Position numbers and translations under genes: made by a program. The notes below the pieces were generated by a model that worked only from the letters and a program-made list of their open reading frames with translations, did not search any database and was not told the DNA's origin. DNA of 62,915 nucleotides, filler included. It is 3 parts of 3 records of this genome, joined end to end, with 100 filler letters (N's around TTAATTAATTAA, not from the genome) between each part and the next. Parts side by side here need not be neighbours in the genome. Positions count along the whole stretch, not along the records: positions 26,050 to 48,929 come from SRR31156797_1589; 2 more parts are not named here. One strand, 5' to 3'. This document shows, in pieces, positions 38,629-48,632 of this stretch. The number at the start of each line of letters is the position of its first letter. Position 1 is the first letter of the stretch.

Positions 38629-39774
38629 ATGAATAAAAAGTATTATTTTTACAAAAATCCCTTTTTCAAGGTATATGCCCAGATCGAAAATGACCGGGTA
38701 AAGATGAAGACCTCAGGTATTGCATCTTCAGTCATGGGTTCATTCGTATCCGACATGATGGAAATATTCGAGGATACAAAACCATCAAAGATCGGGGAAA
38801 ATCAGTTGATTTATTCGACCTGGATGCCTCCCATCCCCAGTAAGGCATTTGACAGGCTTGTCTCAAGCCAGATGAGCGCCATGAGGGGCAAATTCGTTCC
38901 AGAACAGATCACTATCTCTATCACAGAAGAATGTCCTAACAGATGTCTTCACTGCGCTCTCCCGGATACTAAAAACAAAGCAAAGCTCGATCCTGATACT
39001 GTGAAAAGTGTCATCGACCAGACTCAGGATATTGGGACATCCCTTATCATTTTTGATGGTGGTGAACCCCTGTTGTATGATGGTCTTGAGGACCTTATTA
39101 GTTATGTTGATCAGTCAAAGGCAATTCCCGGACTTTTCACATCCGGTGTAGGTATGACTCCTGAGCGTGCCAGAAGCCTTAAAGCTGCAGGCCTTTCCAT
39201 GCTCAGTATTAGTCTGGACAGTGCCTGTGAGGAAGGTCACGACTATATGCGCGGCAGGCAGGGTGTATTTAATGAGGCTGTAAATGCCATCAAATACGGG
39301 ATTGAAGCAGGTCTTTTAGTTGGAATTTACGTTGTCCTGTCACCCGGAAATGTGGATGAACTGGATGATTTCTATAAACTGTCAAAGGAGCTTGGGGTCC
39401 ATGAGCTTTCCTTCTATGAAATAGTACCTACCGGAAGGTGGGAAGGTCATGAGAAGGAAGTTGTTTCTCCGGATGATTTGAAAAAATTCGATGATTTTGT
39501 AGAACGTGCTTCTTGTGATGATGGTCCTCGTGTATTCCCTATTCCTCAGATTATACGGAAAATGGGTTGTTTTGCAGGCAGAAAGTGGCTTCATGTAACT
39601 CCAGAAGGTGATGTGCTTCCTTGTGCATGCATGCCTAAACCCTATGGCAATATCCATGATGAATCTCTGGCCTCAATCTGGAGACAGATATACAAAGATC
39701 CTGTTTTCAACTCAGGTCCATGTCTTATGCGAGATTCTGAGTTCAGAAAGATCCATCTTGGATTTGAACGATAA
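38629..39774 (+). CDS. Radical SAM protein with a SPASM/twitch-like C-terminus
   Basis: CPNRCLHC, GGEPLL, SLD....HD..RG, CFAG......PEGDVLPCAC. Confidence 0.9.
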   Translation: MNKKYYFYKNPFFKVYAQIENDRVKMKTSGIASSVMGSFVSDMMEIFEDTKPSKIGENQLIYSTWMPPIPSKAFDRLVSSQMSAMRGKFVPEQITISITEECPNRCLHCALPDTKNKAKLDPDTVKSVIDQTQDIGTSLIIFDGGEPLLYDGLEDLISYVDQSKAIPGLFTSGVGMTPERARSLKAAGLSMLSISLDSACEEGHDYMRGRQGVFNEAVNAIKYGIEAGLLVGIYVVLSPGNVDELDDFYKLSKELGVHELSFYEIVPTGRWEGHEKEVVSPDDLKKFDDFVERASCDDGPRVFPIPQIIRKMGCFAGRKWLHVTPEGDVLPCACMPKPYGNIHDESLASIWRQIYKDPVFNSGPCLMRDSEFRKIHLGFER

Positions 39775-39826
39775 CTGAGTTAGGTCGAAGTATTCGTTCA
39801 AATTATTTCTAAAAAAAGAGTTGAAT

Positions 39827-39844
39827 GAGGGTGATCTCACCCTC
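39827..39844. terminator. Short hairpin between convergent genes
   Basis: gagggtga-tc-tcaccctc with a nearby A tract (T tract on the minus strand). Confidence 0.4.
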
Positions 39845-39854
39845 GGAATTTTGA

Positions 39855-40715
39855 TTATTTCAGGAACCCTGATCTCTGGATCGCCATTAGGTTCTCCATA
39901 GTGAGCTTTTCTCCGGACTTGAACTTGTCCATGATGTCTTCCGCATCCTTGCGGGCATCTGCTCTTGCAGCTTCCTTCTTTCCATCGGCATCTCCCTTTT
40001 TCATCTTGCGGAGTTCTTTGTCGATATCGCGGATTTCTTTCTGCGCTGCAATGAAAAGCTTGTGCTGTTCATCAGCTTTTTCCTGGAATTGAACGAATTC
40101 TTTGTGAGCAGCATCGGATTCTGCACGTACCTTGTCAGCCTCTTTGAAGGTGGTGATCATCTTGTCATGATATTCCTGTGCCTTCTGTGCATAATCTGAA
40201 AGTACAGTGTGGTACTGTGAAGCTTCATCCCTGATCTCCTGAGCTTCTGCAAGCAGGTTCTTGAGTTCGTCATTGCCTTCAAGCTGCTGCTTCTTTACAA
40301 CATACTGCTTCTGGAGTTCAGTAATTTTGTTGACCAGCTCTCTTTCCTTGTTGGTTGTGAGTACTTCGGTCTGCTGTGTGAATTCCAGCCTGTCAATCTC
40401 TTTGCGTATGTCTTTGATCGAAGGACCACCAAGGTTATTTTCATTGCGTATTTGGTCGATCTTAGCAAATACTTCGTTTGCCTTGTTATTGACCTCATCA
40501 CGGAGTGCTTTGTTTTCCTTCACCTTCTCGTTGTTCTCGTCACGGAGTACTTTGTATTCCTGTGCCTCGTTGATAAGGTCCTTGGTATTCTTATTTAGCT
40601 CATTACGCTTTGATGCAAGTGTGCTGGCTTCTGCATTAAGCTCGTTACGTTTCTTCTTATACTCTTCAGACTGGTTCTTAAGTTCAGTCTTCTTGTCGTT
40701 CAGTTCTTTCATCAT
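39855..40715 (-). CDS. Archaeal coiled-coil protein (COG1340-like, commonly found next to serB)
   Basis: Heptad-rich sequence, LEFTQQTEVL...ERELV, FKSGEKLT. Confidence 0.8.
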   Translation of the reverse strand: MMKELNDKKTELKNQSEEYKKKRNELNAEASTLASKRNELNKNTKDLINEAQEYKVLRDENNEKVKENKALRDEVNNKANEVFAKIDQIRNENNLGGPSIKDIRKEIDRLEFTQQTEVLTTNKERELVNKITELQKQYVVKKQQLEGNDELKNLLAEAQEIRDEASQYHTVLSDYAQKAQEYHDKMITTFKEADKVRAESDAAHKEFVQFQEKADEQHKLFIAAQKEIRDIDKELRKMKKGDADGKKEAARADARKDAEDIMDKFKSGEKLTMENLMAIQRSGFLK

Positions 40716-40755
40716 TTCCTTATTATCCTCCCGGTCCAGCAAAAAAGCTGGCATT

Positions 40756-41571
40756 TCATGCATTTCTAATGCACGATACTTGGCCTTCTTCCGATTCCAA
40801 CAACTGGATAACCGGAATAACTGCTTCAAGGTTTTTCTCCGTTATGACAATGTCTGCATGTTCGTGAAGAATCGGCTTGGAATTGAATGCAATTGCATAC
40901 TTTGCCCTTTTGAATATGCATATATCATTGGCACCATCGCCAACTACTATACATTCGTCAGGCTTAATTCCATACTCTTCTGAGATGTCCTCAAGAACAT
41001 ATTCCTTGGATCCTTGTCCCATAAGAGGGCCGCTTACTTCTCCTGTCAGTTGTTCATTGTCAATCTGAAGTTTGTTTGCAACCACGTAGTCGATTCCAAG
41101 AGTTTTACCAACACGCTCGGCGGCCATGGTAAATCCTCCTGATATCATTGCGGTCTTATAACCGCGGGATCTCAGGTAATCGATCAGTACTCTTGCACCT
41201 GGCATTAGGGGCATTCTGTCAAGGGCATCATGTGCCTTGTCAAGCGGAAGTCCCTTTAGTAGCTTTACTCTTTCAAGAAGTGCTTCAGAAAAATCTAATT
41301 CTCCGTGCATAGCCTTCTCCGTAATGGCAGCCACTTCGTCTCCCACTCCTGCGGCAATTGCCAGTTCATCAATGGTTTCAGCATCTATTAGAGTGCTGTC
41401 CATATCAAAAACCACTAATCTTATTCTGTCAGAATTATTGCTGATACAACTCACTTCATCAAACCTGGAATTTGAATCCCGCATTGAAACAGTATTTATA
41501 TGCCGAGATTGATCTGAGATACGTTGCATTGCTTTTAAGGTTTTCGGATCGTAACCATCACATTCTTTCAT
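40756..41571 (-). CDS. serB: Phosphoserine phosphatase (HAD family); true start probably nearer 41454
   Basis: FDMDSTL..AETIDE, ITEKAM.GELDF, ISGGF, VGDGAND. Confidence 0.92.
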   Translation of the reverse strand: MKECDGYDPKTLKAMQRISDQSRHINTVSMRDSNSRFDEVSCISNNSDRIRLVVFDMDSTLIDAETIDELAIAAGVGDEVAAITEKAMHGELDFSEALLERVKLLKGLPLDKAHDALDRMPLMPGARVLIDYLRSRGYKTAMISGGFTMAAERVGKTLGIDYVVANKLQIDNEQLTGEVSGPLMGQGSKEYVLEDISEEYGIKPDECIVVGDGANDICIFKRAKYAIAFNSKPILHEHADIVITEKNLEAVIPVIQLLESEEGQVSCIRNA

Positions 41572-41652
41572 TTTTTACGGTTGCTTTATTCATGCGGTTC
41601 CATTCCAAAAGTAATATATGCTACACTGCACATTGCACTACTGTGATTTTAC

Positions 41653-42474
41653 ATGGCAAAAATTGGATTCATAAAGCTAGGTAACTTAGGCATGAGCCAG
41701 GTGGTCGACCTCGTACAGGATGAGATCGCAGCAAGAGAAGGAATTACTATCCGTTCATTCGGAACAGGTCCTAAAATGGGTAAAGACGAAGCAGCAGCAA
41801 CAGAAGAACTCAAGAACTTCGATGCTGACTTCTATGTAATGATCAGCCCAAACTCAAGTGCACCAGGTCCAACCGCAGCTCGTGAGATATACAAGGACGT
41901 TCCATGTATCGTTATCTCAGACGGTCCAACCAAGAAGGACGACCGTGCAGCACTCGAAGAAGCAGGATTCGGTTACATCATCATGACCGTTGACCCACTC
42001 ATCGGAGCAAAGACAGAATTCCTCGACCCTGTAGAGATGGCATCATTCAACTCAGACGCAATGAAGGTCCTTTCAACCTGCGGTGTTGTAAGACTTATCC
42101 AGGAAGAGCTTGACAAGGTTGCTGCAATGGCAGACGAAGGTAAGGAACTTGAGCTTCCACACATCCTCGCAAAGCCAGAGAAGTGTGTCGCAAGGGCAGG
42201 CTTCAACAACCCATACTCAAAGGCAAAGGCTCTTGCATCCCTTCACATGGCTGACATGGTGGCAAAGATCAACTTCCCAGCGTGCTTCATGATGAAGGAC
42301 CTCGAGCAGGTAGCACTCACAACAGCAGCTGGTCACGAAATGATGCGCGCAGCAGCACAGCTGGCAGTTGAAGCAAGAGAGATCGAGAAAGCAAACGACA
42401 GTGTCTTCAGGCAGCCACACGCAAAGAAAGGCCATCTGATGACCAAGACAGCTCTCTACGACAAGCCACAGTAA
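41653..42474 (+). CDS. mtd: F420-dependent methylenetetrahydromethanopterin dehydrogenase
   Basis: KLGNLG, DE.AARE, SPN..PGP..ARE, DPLIGAK.EFLDP.EMA.FN.D, AAGHEMMR.AA. Confidence 0.95.
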   Translation: MAKIGFIKLGNLGMSQVVDLVQDEIAAREGITIRSFGTGPKMGKDEAAATEELKNFDADFYVMISPNSSAPGPTAAREIYKDVPCIVISDGPTKKDDRAALEEAGFGYIIMTVDPLIGAKTEFLDPVEMASFNSDAMKVLSTCGVVRLIQEELDKVAAMADEGKELELPHILAKPEKCVARAGFNNPYSKAKALASLHMADMVAKINFPACFMMKDLEQVALTTAAGHEMMRAAAQLAVEAREIEKANDSVFRQPHAKKGHLMTKTALYDKPQ

Positions 42475-42500
42475 GTACCTCTCAGGTACTTTTCTTTTTT
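42473..42500 (+). terminator. Hairpin plus T tract after mtd
   Basis: aagtacct-ctc-aggtactt followed by long T runs. Confidence 0.6.
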
Positions 42501-42511
42501 CTTTTATTTTT

Positions 42512-42697
42512 ATGGAATTACTAACTGTTCTTTTAATTGCAGTAGCAGCTTTTGTTATCTTCGTTCTTCTGACAGCCTATCTCATGAAGTCCACTCTTTA
42601 CATGAATAAGGAGTTAGAGAAGGCTAAATTAAAAAATGCAAAGAATGAGCCCGAAGACAAAGAGGATGATACTACAAAAAATGATAATGGGAACTAG
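42512..42697 (+). CDS. Small single-TM hypothetical protein
   Basis: Hydrophobic N-terminus and charged tail, 61 aa. Confidence 0.5.
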   Translation: MELLTVLLIAVAAFVIFVLLTAYLMKSTLYMNKELEKAKLKNAKNEPEDKEDDTTKNDNGN

Positions 42698-42725
42698 TTC
42701 CCACAGTATTTAGAAATAGTAATGA

Positions 42726-43319
42726 TTATTTTGGCTCTTCCTTAGCCCTTGGCATTGCTATGATTTCCCTGACCTGCTGGCCGAAAAAATCAAAGGAATG
42801 TGCAGGTCTGAGAACGACTGAGACATCAGCTCCCTGACGGGTTCCGCCAATTGCAATTATCTCCGTATCCTTTGAAACAGGTATGTGACCTGAGTCTGCT
42901 GCCATCATTGCGCACTCGATAGCTACCTTGAAACCCTTTCCGAATACTGCACGGAGTGTGTCAGATATCACATCTGCCCTGCTGGCACCACCTATGCGCT
43001 TCTGTATGGCACGCTCGACACCTGAGAACATGTGGGACTGGGTTGTCATTACAACTCCAAGCTCGTTGAGCTTTGCAAGTTTGTCCTCATCAACTTCCCA
43101 CTCTCCGGGCTCTTTGAGTCCGTACTGGTGGGTTATAGCTATGATCTTCACGTCCTGGTCCTTGAATGCCTCTGCAGCTATGAGCGCTGTCTCTCCGCTT
43201 GTGCTTGCAAGCACCACGTGTTTGATACCAAGCTCTGCAGCTCTCTTTGCAGATGCTTTCATTACTTCTTCTGTGTTTGCCTTTCCGACGTCGTCAAAAT
43301 AGGTTATTGTCTTTTCCAT
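42726..43319 (-). CDS. Pyruvate kinase C-terminal-like (COG1751) protein
   Basis: YF...G..NT, VLASTSGETA, SH.FSGVER, G.KVAIEC.MMAADSG, IAIGGT..GAD. Confidence 0.8.
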   Translation of the reverse strand: MEKTITYFDDVGKANTEEVMKASAKRAAELGIKHVVLASTSGETALIAAEAFKDQDVKIIAITHQYGLKEPGEWEVDEDKLAKLNELGVVMTTQSHMFSGVERAIQKRIGGASRADVISDTLRAVFGKGFKVAIECAMMAADSGHIPVSKDTEIIAIGGTRQGADVSVVLRPAHSFDFFGQQVREIIAMPRAKEEPK

Positions 43320-43495
43320 GTTATCGCCTTTGATGTGGATTTTATGCTCTCGAATAAAGCTGTGCTCCACTTATTAGGTATTTTGGAGCAAGTAACAAAT
43401 TCGAATTGTTGTGAAGTTGCCTATTTCTTAATTTTATATCATAAGAATGTTTGTGGCTGGATTGTTTCACTGATCAGATATGGTCTATGTATAAT

Positions 43496-43730
43496 CAAGA
43501 AACATTTTCCATTCTCGTGGCTACCGTTTTTGCTTCTTCTGCAACCGTAATGTCTGCTGTTCCTGCAGAAATGATAGCTATTTTACCAACGCTTCTCGGT
43601 GCAGGGGTTCCGTCGTTGACCACGGCTGTTGTCTTATGCATGCTCCATTTGATATCTTCTGGTTTGAATACATCTTCCAGGACTTTCGAGCTTTTTTGTC
43701 CAGCCTGGTTATCAATGTTTTTTCCATGGC
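43496..43730 (-). pseudogene. larB: Frameshifted internal fragment of larB (nickel-pincer cofactor / PurE-related)
   Basis: Manual translation gives KTLITRLD, then a frameshift to ...GKIAIISAGTADITVAEEAKTVA followed by an early stop. Confidence 0.65.
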
Positions 43731-43941
43731 ACAGTTAAGTAAAAGAAATTTGGTATTTCCTGAAAAAATGCTATAAAATCTTGCTCTGTTCATTATACAT
43801 GTATCGTCAAATGCAGGATTGGAAGAGCACCAGCTCAATAATTCCAGTAAAAAAGTAAAGTTAGAGTGAAAAATTAGGCAAAAAAGATAACAGTCTTTTT
43901 GTAATGATTAAAGACTGTCACACTTTTATTTGATCGAAAAC

Positions 43942-44862
43942 TCACTCCAATATTAGTTCATTCTCTTTTGACCAGGCAGGTTGGTCGATTACAAAGACCA
44001 CAAGGTCGGTATCGCCGGTGTTCTCTGTATACTGCTTTGAGTTTGCAGGAATGTGGACAAGTTTTCCTTTGTTCAGTTCAAATGGCACATCTTCTATGTA
44101 AAGCACGCCTTCACCTTCAAGAACATAGTAGACTTCTGAGTTCTTCATAATATGTGGTTCAATAGACTGTCCTGCATCGATTATTACATGTGTAAAGCTG
44201 TAATCTACATCCAGATACCGATCGAGTTTTGTTGGGTGAATTAGATATCCAACGGATATGTTTCCATAGCGGGTGTAATTTACGTCTTCAAGAGTCTCTG
44301 TGTAAATGTATATATATTCATCAACATAGAACCCTGATCCTACAACATAGGTCTGGTTATCAAAGGATGCCACTTTGATGAACGTGTGCTTCATTGAAGC
44401 TTCTGCATCACCCGGTTTTGGCCAGTGATAATCAATCCACCCCTCTCCTTCTTCACTCAGGGCCATGTCTATGAACATCTGACCTATCGGTTTACCATTG
44501 AAGTCTTCAAGATTGCCCACATCCTGTCCTTCTCCGCTGACATCTGGCGGATACACCACACGTATTCCATCGGTCCTCCAGACGAAGATGTAGAATTCAT
44601 CATGGAACCATTGACTATCAGCCTCCCTGAACTGCGGGAAGGCCTGTTCTCCTTCCTGCTCTATTAGTTCGACGGCTAAATTCACCTGTGAAGCAGTGGA
44701 CTCTATTTGAGAAGCCAGTGCATTCTGCTCCTCAACTACAGGTTGTTCGTCTTCAGCAATATCTGTTCCTTCACCAGTATCAGCTGGTTGCACGCATCCT
44801 GCAACCAAAAAGAACATTGAAATAACTAATAAAATAGAAATTGCTTTCTTTAAATTAATCAT
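43942..44862 (-). CDS. Lipoprotein with a Cache domain fused to a C-terminal cupin
   Basis: Lipobox VAGC; YIFVW..DG, D.NGK, GWIDYHWPKPG...K (sCache_2-like); EVYYVLEGEG..IPAN cupin. Confidence 0.8.
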   Translation of the reverse strand: MINLKKAISILLVISMFFLVAGCVQPADTGEGTDIAEDEQPVVEEQNALASQIESTASQVNLAVELIEQEGEQAFPQFREADSQWFHDEFYIFVWRTDGIRVVYPPDVSGEGQDVGNLEDFNGKPIGQMFIDMALSEEGEGWIDYHWPKPGDAEASMKHTFIKVASFDNQTYVVGSGFYVDEYIYIYTETLEDVNYTRYGNISVGYLIHPTKLDRYLDVDYSFTHVIIDAGQSIEPHIMKNSEVYYVLEGEGVLYIEDVPFELNKGKLVHIPANSKQYTENTGDTDLVVFVIDQPAWSKENELILE

Positions 44863-45340
44863 ATCACAACACTCCCATATTATCTATTGTTTAGAACAAA
44901 TATGACTTATTTGTTCAATATATAGTGACTATTTTCCCAAACAAAAGTTTGTGGATTTTTGCGGACTTTCAATCAATGCATTGCGATCCAATGCAACTGT
45001 TTGTTCGTCTCAATTTGCCATGTTCTCTATTTTCTCCTGTGATCTCCCCACAAGACACATATTAGGAATTAAAGAACTAGTTCGGTTGACCTTCTGAAAC
45101 TTATTTTTATGCTAGAAGCAAAGACCGAACAACGACAGTTTTAGATATGCTTTAAAGTTATTTAATTTTGATTCTGCATATTCGCCGAAGTCAAAGTAAA
45201 TTTATTGCAAATATCCTTTAATCCATATTTCTCTCTTTTGTAAAGGATCGATATTCCTAAAATATATCAGATATTAAAATCAATACTACAATGCGCAAAA
45301 AAATTGTCACTACTTATGGCTCTTTTAGTGGGGAGTACAA

Positions 45341-45967
45341 ATGACAAAAGTAATGGGAAATAGCACTGCATTCATCATAGTGGATACACAGAACGCTGTA
45401 CTTCATGAAAATGGGATTGATGCAGATTGGGATGTTTGGAAATTTGCCAGGGAAAAAGGGATGGTAAAGAGTACGGTCAAGGCCATAGATAAATTTCGAA
45501 CAGCGAGTATACCCATAATTTTTGTTATAACATACTCACGACCTCATATCTCACAGACTCTGAATGATAACTTACCGGATGTAGAGTTCTGGAAACCAAT
45601 CAATGAACTAGATTTTATGAAAATGACTCCAGAAGATATGGAGTTTCAAGGAAAAGTCATCGATGAATTCACACCACAGCCGGAAGACATCATAGTCATC
45701 AAACTCCATACATTGAGTGGTTTTCACAACACAGACCTTGACCGGATACTCAGGGCCTTGAACTGCGATACTTTACTGTTTGCAGGTGCTGTGACAAATC
45801 TCTGTGTTGAAAGCACGGTGAGAAGTGCTTTTGATAGAGGATATAACTGTGTTGTCCTGAGTGACTGTGTTGCTTCGATGAGTGAAAAGGCTCAGAGTTT
45901 TGCCTTAGATGTGATCTTTCCTGTACTGGGTCAGGTTTGCAGTTCTGAGGAAGTTGAAATTTTATGA
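45341..45967 (+). CDS. Isochorismatase-family cysteine hydrolase
   Basis: IVDTQN, K...SGF..TDLD..LR, G..TNLCVESTVRSAFDRGY. Confidence 0.88.
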   Translation: MTKVMGNSTAFIIVDTQNAVLHENGIDADWDVWKFAREKGMVKSTVKAIDKFRTASIPIIFVITYSRPHISQTLNDNLPDVEFWKPINELDFMKMTPEDMEFQGKVIDEFTPQPEDIIVIKLHTLSGFHNTDLDRILRALNCDTLLFAGAVTNLCVESTVRSAFDRGYNCVVLSDCVASMSEKAQSFALDVIFPVLGQVCSSEEVEIL

Positions 45968-45990
45968 ATACGGGAACAGTGATATAAATT

Positions 45991-47301
45991 ATGAGCAGCA
46001 AGCTGAAAAATTTTTTTGAATTGGAGAAACATGGAACTGATTTAAAAACAGAGATTTTAGCCGGTGTTGCAACTTTTATGACAGTAGCCTACATAATTGT
46101 AGTAAATCCTGCAATTCTGGAAGCTGCCGGAATACCTTTTGGAGCTTCAATGGTTGCGACAATATTATCTGCAATCTTTGGAACTCTCATAATGGGATTA
46201 CACGCAAAAAAACCACTGGCTGTAGCACCATATATGGGTGAGAATGCTTTTGTAGCCTACACTGTTGTAGTTGTATTGGGATACTCATGGCAGACTGCAC
46301 TGGGTGCTGTATTCATAAGTGGTGTTTTGTTTACAGTTCTTACATTATCCGGGTTCAGGACAAAGATGGTCGAAGCAGTGCCGGACAATCTTAAATACAG
46401 TTTTGCCGCGGGACTTGGTCTTTTTATCACATTTATAGGACTTGTGAATGCAGGTATCGTTACACTTGGTGTTGCAACAGCTCCTCTTCATGTAGGTGCT
46501 CTTAACTCCGCACCGGTGTTTATTGCACTAATTGGTTTTTTGTTAATTAGTATTTTAATGATCAGAAAGGTAAAAGGCTCTATTTTAATAGGTATTGTGT
46601 TCACATCTGTTCTTGCATTCATTTCAGGCGTTGCCCAGGCACCGGAACAGATCGTAAGTATGCCACCAAGCATTGCTCCGGTTTTCCTTCAACTGGACAT
46701 TGCCGGTGCTTTAACATGGGGATTCTTTGCAGTCATTCTGACAATGTTCACCATGGATCTTATGGACACAATGGGAACCCTTGTGGGCGTTTCTCAGAAA
46801 GCTGGTTTTACTGATGAGCACGGTAATCTGGAGAATATGGACAAACCTTTCCTTGCAGATGCTTTGGCAACCGTTTTTGGAGCACTTGCAGGTACTACAA
46901 CCACAGGAACATATATCGAATCTGCAGTAGGTATTGAGGAAGGTGGCAGGACCGGACTCACCGCAGTGGTAATTGCAATATTATTTACCTTCGGTCTTTT
47001 CCTCTACCCTTTATTCTCTGCAATACCAGCGGCAGCCACGTCTCCCGCCCTGATAATTATAGGTCTGCTTATGATGAAGTCCATAAAGAAAATAGACATG
47101 GAAGATTATACGGAAATGATACCTGCAATGGCAGTGATTATTCTTATGAGTTTTACATATAATTTAGGAGTTGGACTGTGCGCAGGTTTTGTACTTTTCC
47201 CTCTTCTAAAAACTCTGAGTGGCAAAGCTAATGAGGTGAAACCACTGGCATGGGGATTGTTTGCACTTTGTTCTTTGTTCTTTATATTTTATCCATACTG
47301 A
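45991..47301 (+). CDS. NCS2/AzgA-family purine permease
   Basis: TEILAG.ATFMT.AYII.VNP, APYMGENAF, DT.GTL, YIESA.GI.EGGRTGL. Confidence 0.92.
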   Translation: MSSKLKNFFELEKHGTDLKTEILAGVATFMTVAYIIVVNPAILEAAGIPFGASMVATILSAIFGTLIMGLHAKKPLAVAPYMGENAFVAYTVVVVLGYSWQTALGAVFISGVLFTVLTLSGFRTKMVEAVPDNLKYSFAAGLGLFITFIGLVNAGIVTLGVATAPLHVGALNSAPVFIALIGFLLISILMIRKVKGSILIGIVFTSVLAFISGVAQAPEQIVSMPPSIAPVFLQLDIAGALTWGFFAVILTMFTMDLMDTMGTLVGVSQKAGFTDEHGNLENMDKPFLADALATVFGALAGTTTTGTYIESAVGIEEGGRTGLTAVVIAILFTFGLFLYPLFSAIPAAATSPALIIIGLLMMKSIKKIDMEDYTEMIPAMAVIILMSFTYNLGVGLCAGFVLFPLLKTLSGKANEVKPLAWGLFALCSLFFIFYPY

Positions 47302-47419
47302 GCCGTATCCAGGAAAGCATGCAAACCTCTGTATGTATCATATCTTCGAAAAATGTATGGAGACAAAAGATGGATGCATCAAGGAAATGAATATGAAATA
47401 GATGCATCCGCTCCTATAA

Positions 47420-48376
47420 TTAGCTCAAATATACTCCTGCACCGAGCCACCAGGTATCATCCACTTTCTGGACGTAGCTCATCTTAGGCTCAATGGTCAG
47501 ATCGTGAGCCGGATTGTAGTAATGATAGAAGATGAATCCACCACCTTGTTGTGCCAGAAATATCTCGACCTGAGTATAATTTACACCATAAGGATCCTGA
47601 AGCCCGGAAAGATCGGTTCCAATCCACTGTGGCTGATAAGGTAGGGACAGTGTTGTGCCATTATAATCAAAGGCGTAAATGTAGAGATTGTCACGTATAA
47701 ACGTTCCATTCTGGTCATTGAATTCTTCAATCGCAGCCTCCTTTCCATTCGTATGAGCGTACTCGATTGCTTCCTCTACAAAGGATTCAAGCTTCTCTCT
47801 TATCTGAGGATCAGTTCCCATTCTTACGACGGGCGAATCCTCCTGCGGATCATATATGCCGGCTCCGATGAACCACTCATTGTCTACCATCATCACGTAG
47901 CTGAGTTTCTGTTTGACAGTGAAGTTGTCTGAAGGGTCTACATAGAGATAACGTGCGAAGCCTTCGTTACCCTCAGCAGCAGATGTCATATCCTGAATAA
48001 ACGCGGTGCCGTTTACATCCGTGATGTTCCATCGGTTCGTTCCGATGATCTCAGGTTGGAAAGGAAGAGCCAGTGTGTTGCCTTCGATATCGTAAGAAAA
48101 GATATAGAGTTCACCGTCAACGAATTGGCCTGTCTGGTTATTAAACTCTATGAGAGCGTTTTCTTTTCCATGGATGTGTGCATATTCATAAGCTATCTCG
48201 ACAAATGCTATGAGTTCTCCTGGAGATACGGTGGAGCTGGAAGCTGGCAACTGTGTGTCAGATGCTGTGCCCTCCGATTCATTCAGGGCAATAGTTGGAT
48301 CGGTATCTATACAGCAGGCACCAAGGACGGCCATCAGCATGACTGTAATAACAAAAAGGGTTGTATTAGTTCTCAT
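47420..48376 (-). CDS. Secreted or lipid-anchored protein made of two tandem Cache domains
   Basis: Signal ending LGACC; two repeats of V..A.EY...G.E.A..EFN...G.F..LYI..D..G...K.SYV..VD..W..GAG.Y. Confidence 0.82.
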   Translation of the reverse strand: MRTNTTLFVITVMLMAVLGACCIDTDPTIALNESEGTASDTQLPASSSTVSPGELIAFVEIAYEYAHIHGKENALIEFNNQTGQFVDGELYIFSYDIEGNTLALPFQPEIIGTNRWNITDVNGTAFIQDMTSAAEGNEGFARYLYVDPSDNFTVKQKLSYVMMVDNEWFIGAGIYDPQEDSPVVRMGTDPQIREKLESFVEEAIEYAHTNGKEAAIEEFNDQNGTFIRDNLYIYAFDYNGTTLSLPYQPQWIGTDLSGLQDPYGVNYTQVEIFLAQQGGGFIFYHYYNPAHDLTIEPKMSYVQKVDDTWWLGAGVYLS

Positions 48377-48632
48377 AAATAATAATTAGAGTTTGTACAA
48401 ATAAAGGTTGGGTAAAATAATCAAGTAGATCATTTTTATTTTTATCTAATTGATAAATAAATTTTGTAGGCCTCGGTTTCGAAACGTTTTTTACAGAATG
48501 GGAATAACTTTTACTTATGGGAGCCTGGAATGGAGAAAAACAGGTATTTAAGGGTCAATTTCAGAGTAAATCGAACAGTATTTAGCTTTTAATTTTGTGC
48601 AGACAATCGTAATGAAAGGGTAGGGGAGTCAA

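Noticed and set aside
40261-40983. 240-aa plus-strand ORF and many other 60-280 aa antisense ORFs (for example 53743-54582, 58187-58801)
   Set aside because: Shadow frames of well-supported genes on the opposite strand, with no recognisable motifs.
45000-45340. Possible purine riboswitch or ncRNA upstream of the hydrolase-permease genes
   Set aside because: AT-rich with no recognisable aptamer core; an Rfam scan would be needed.
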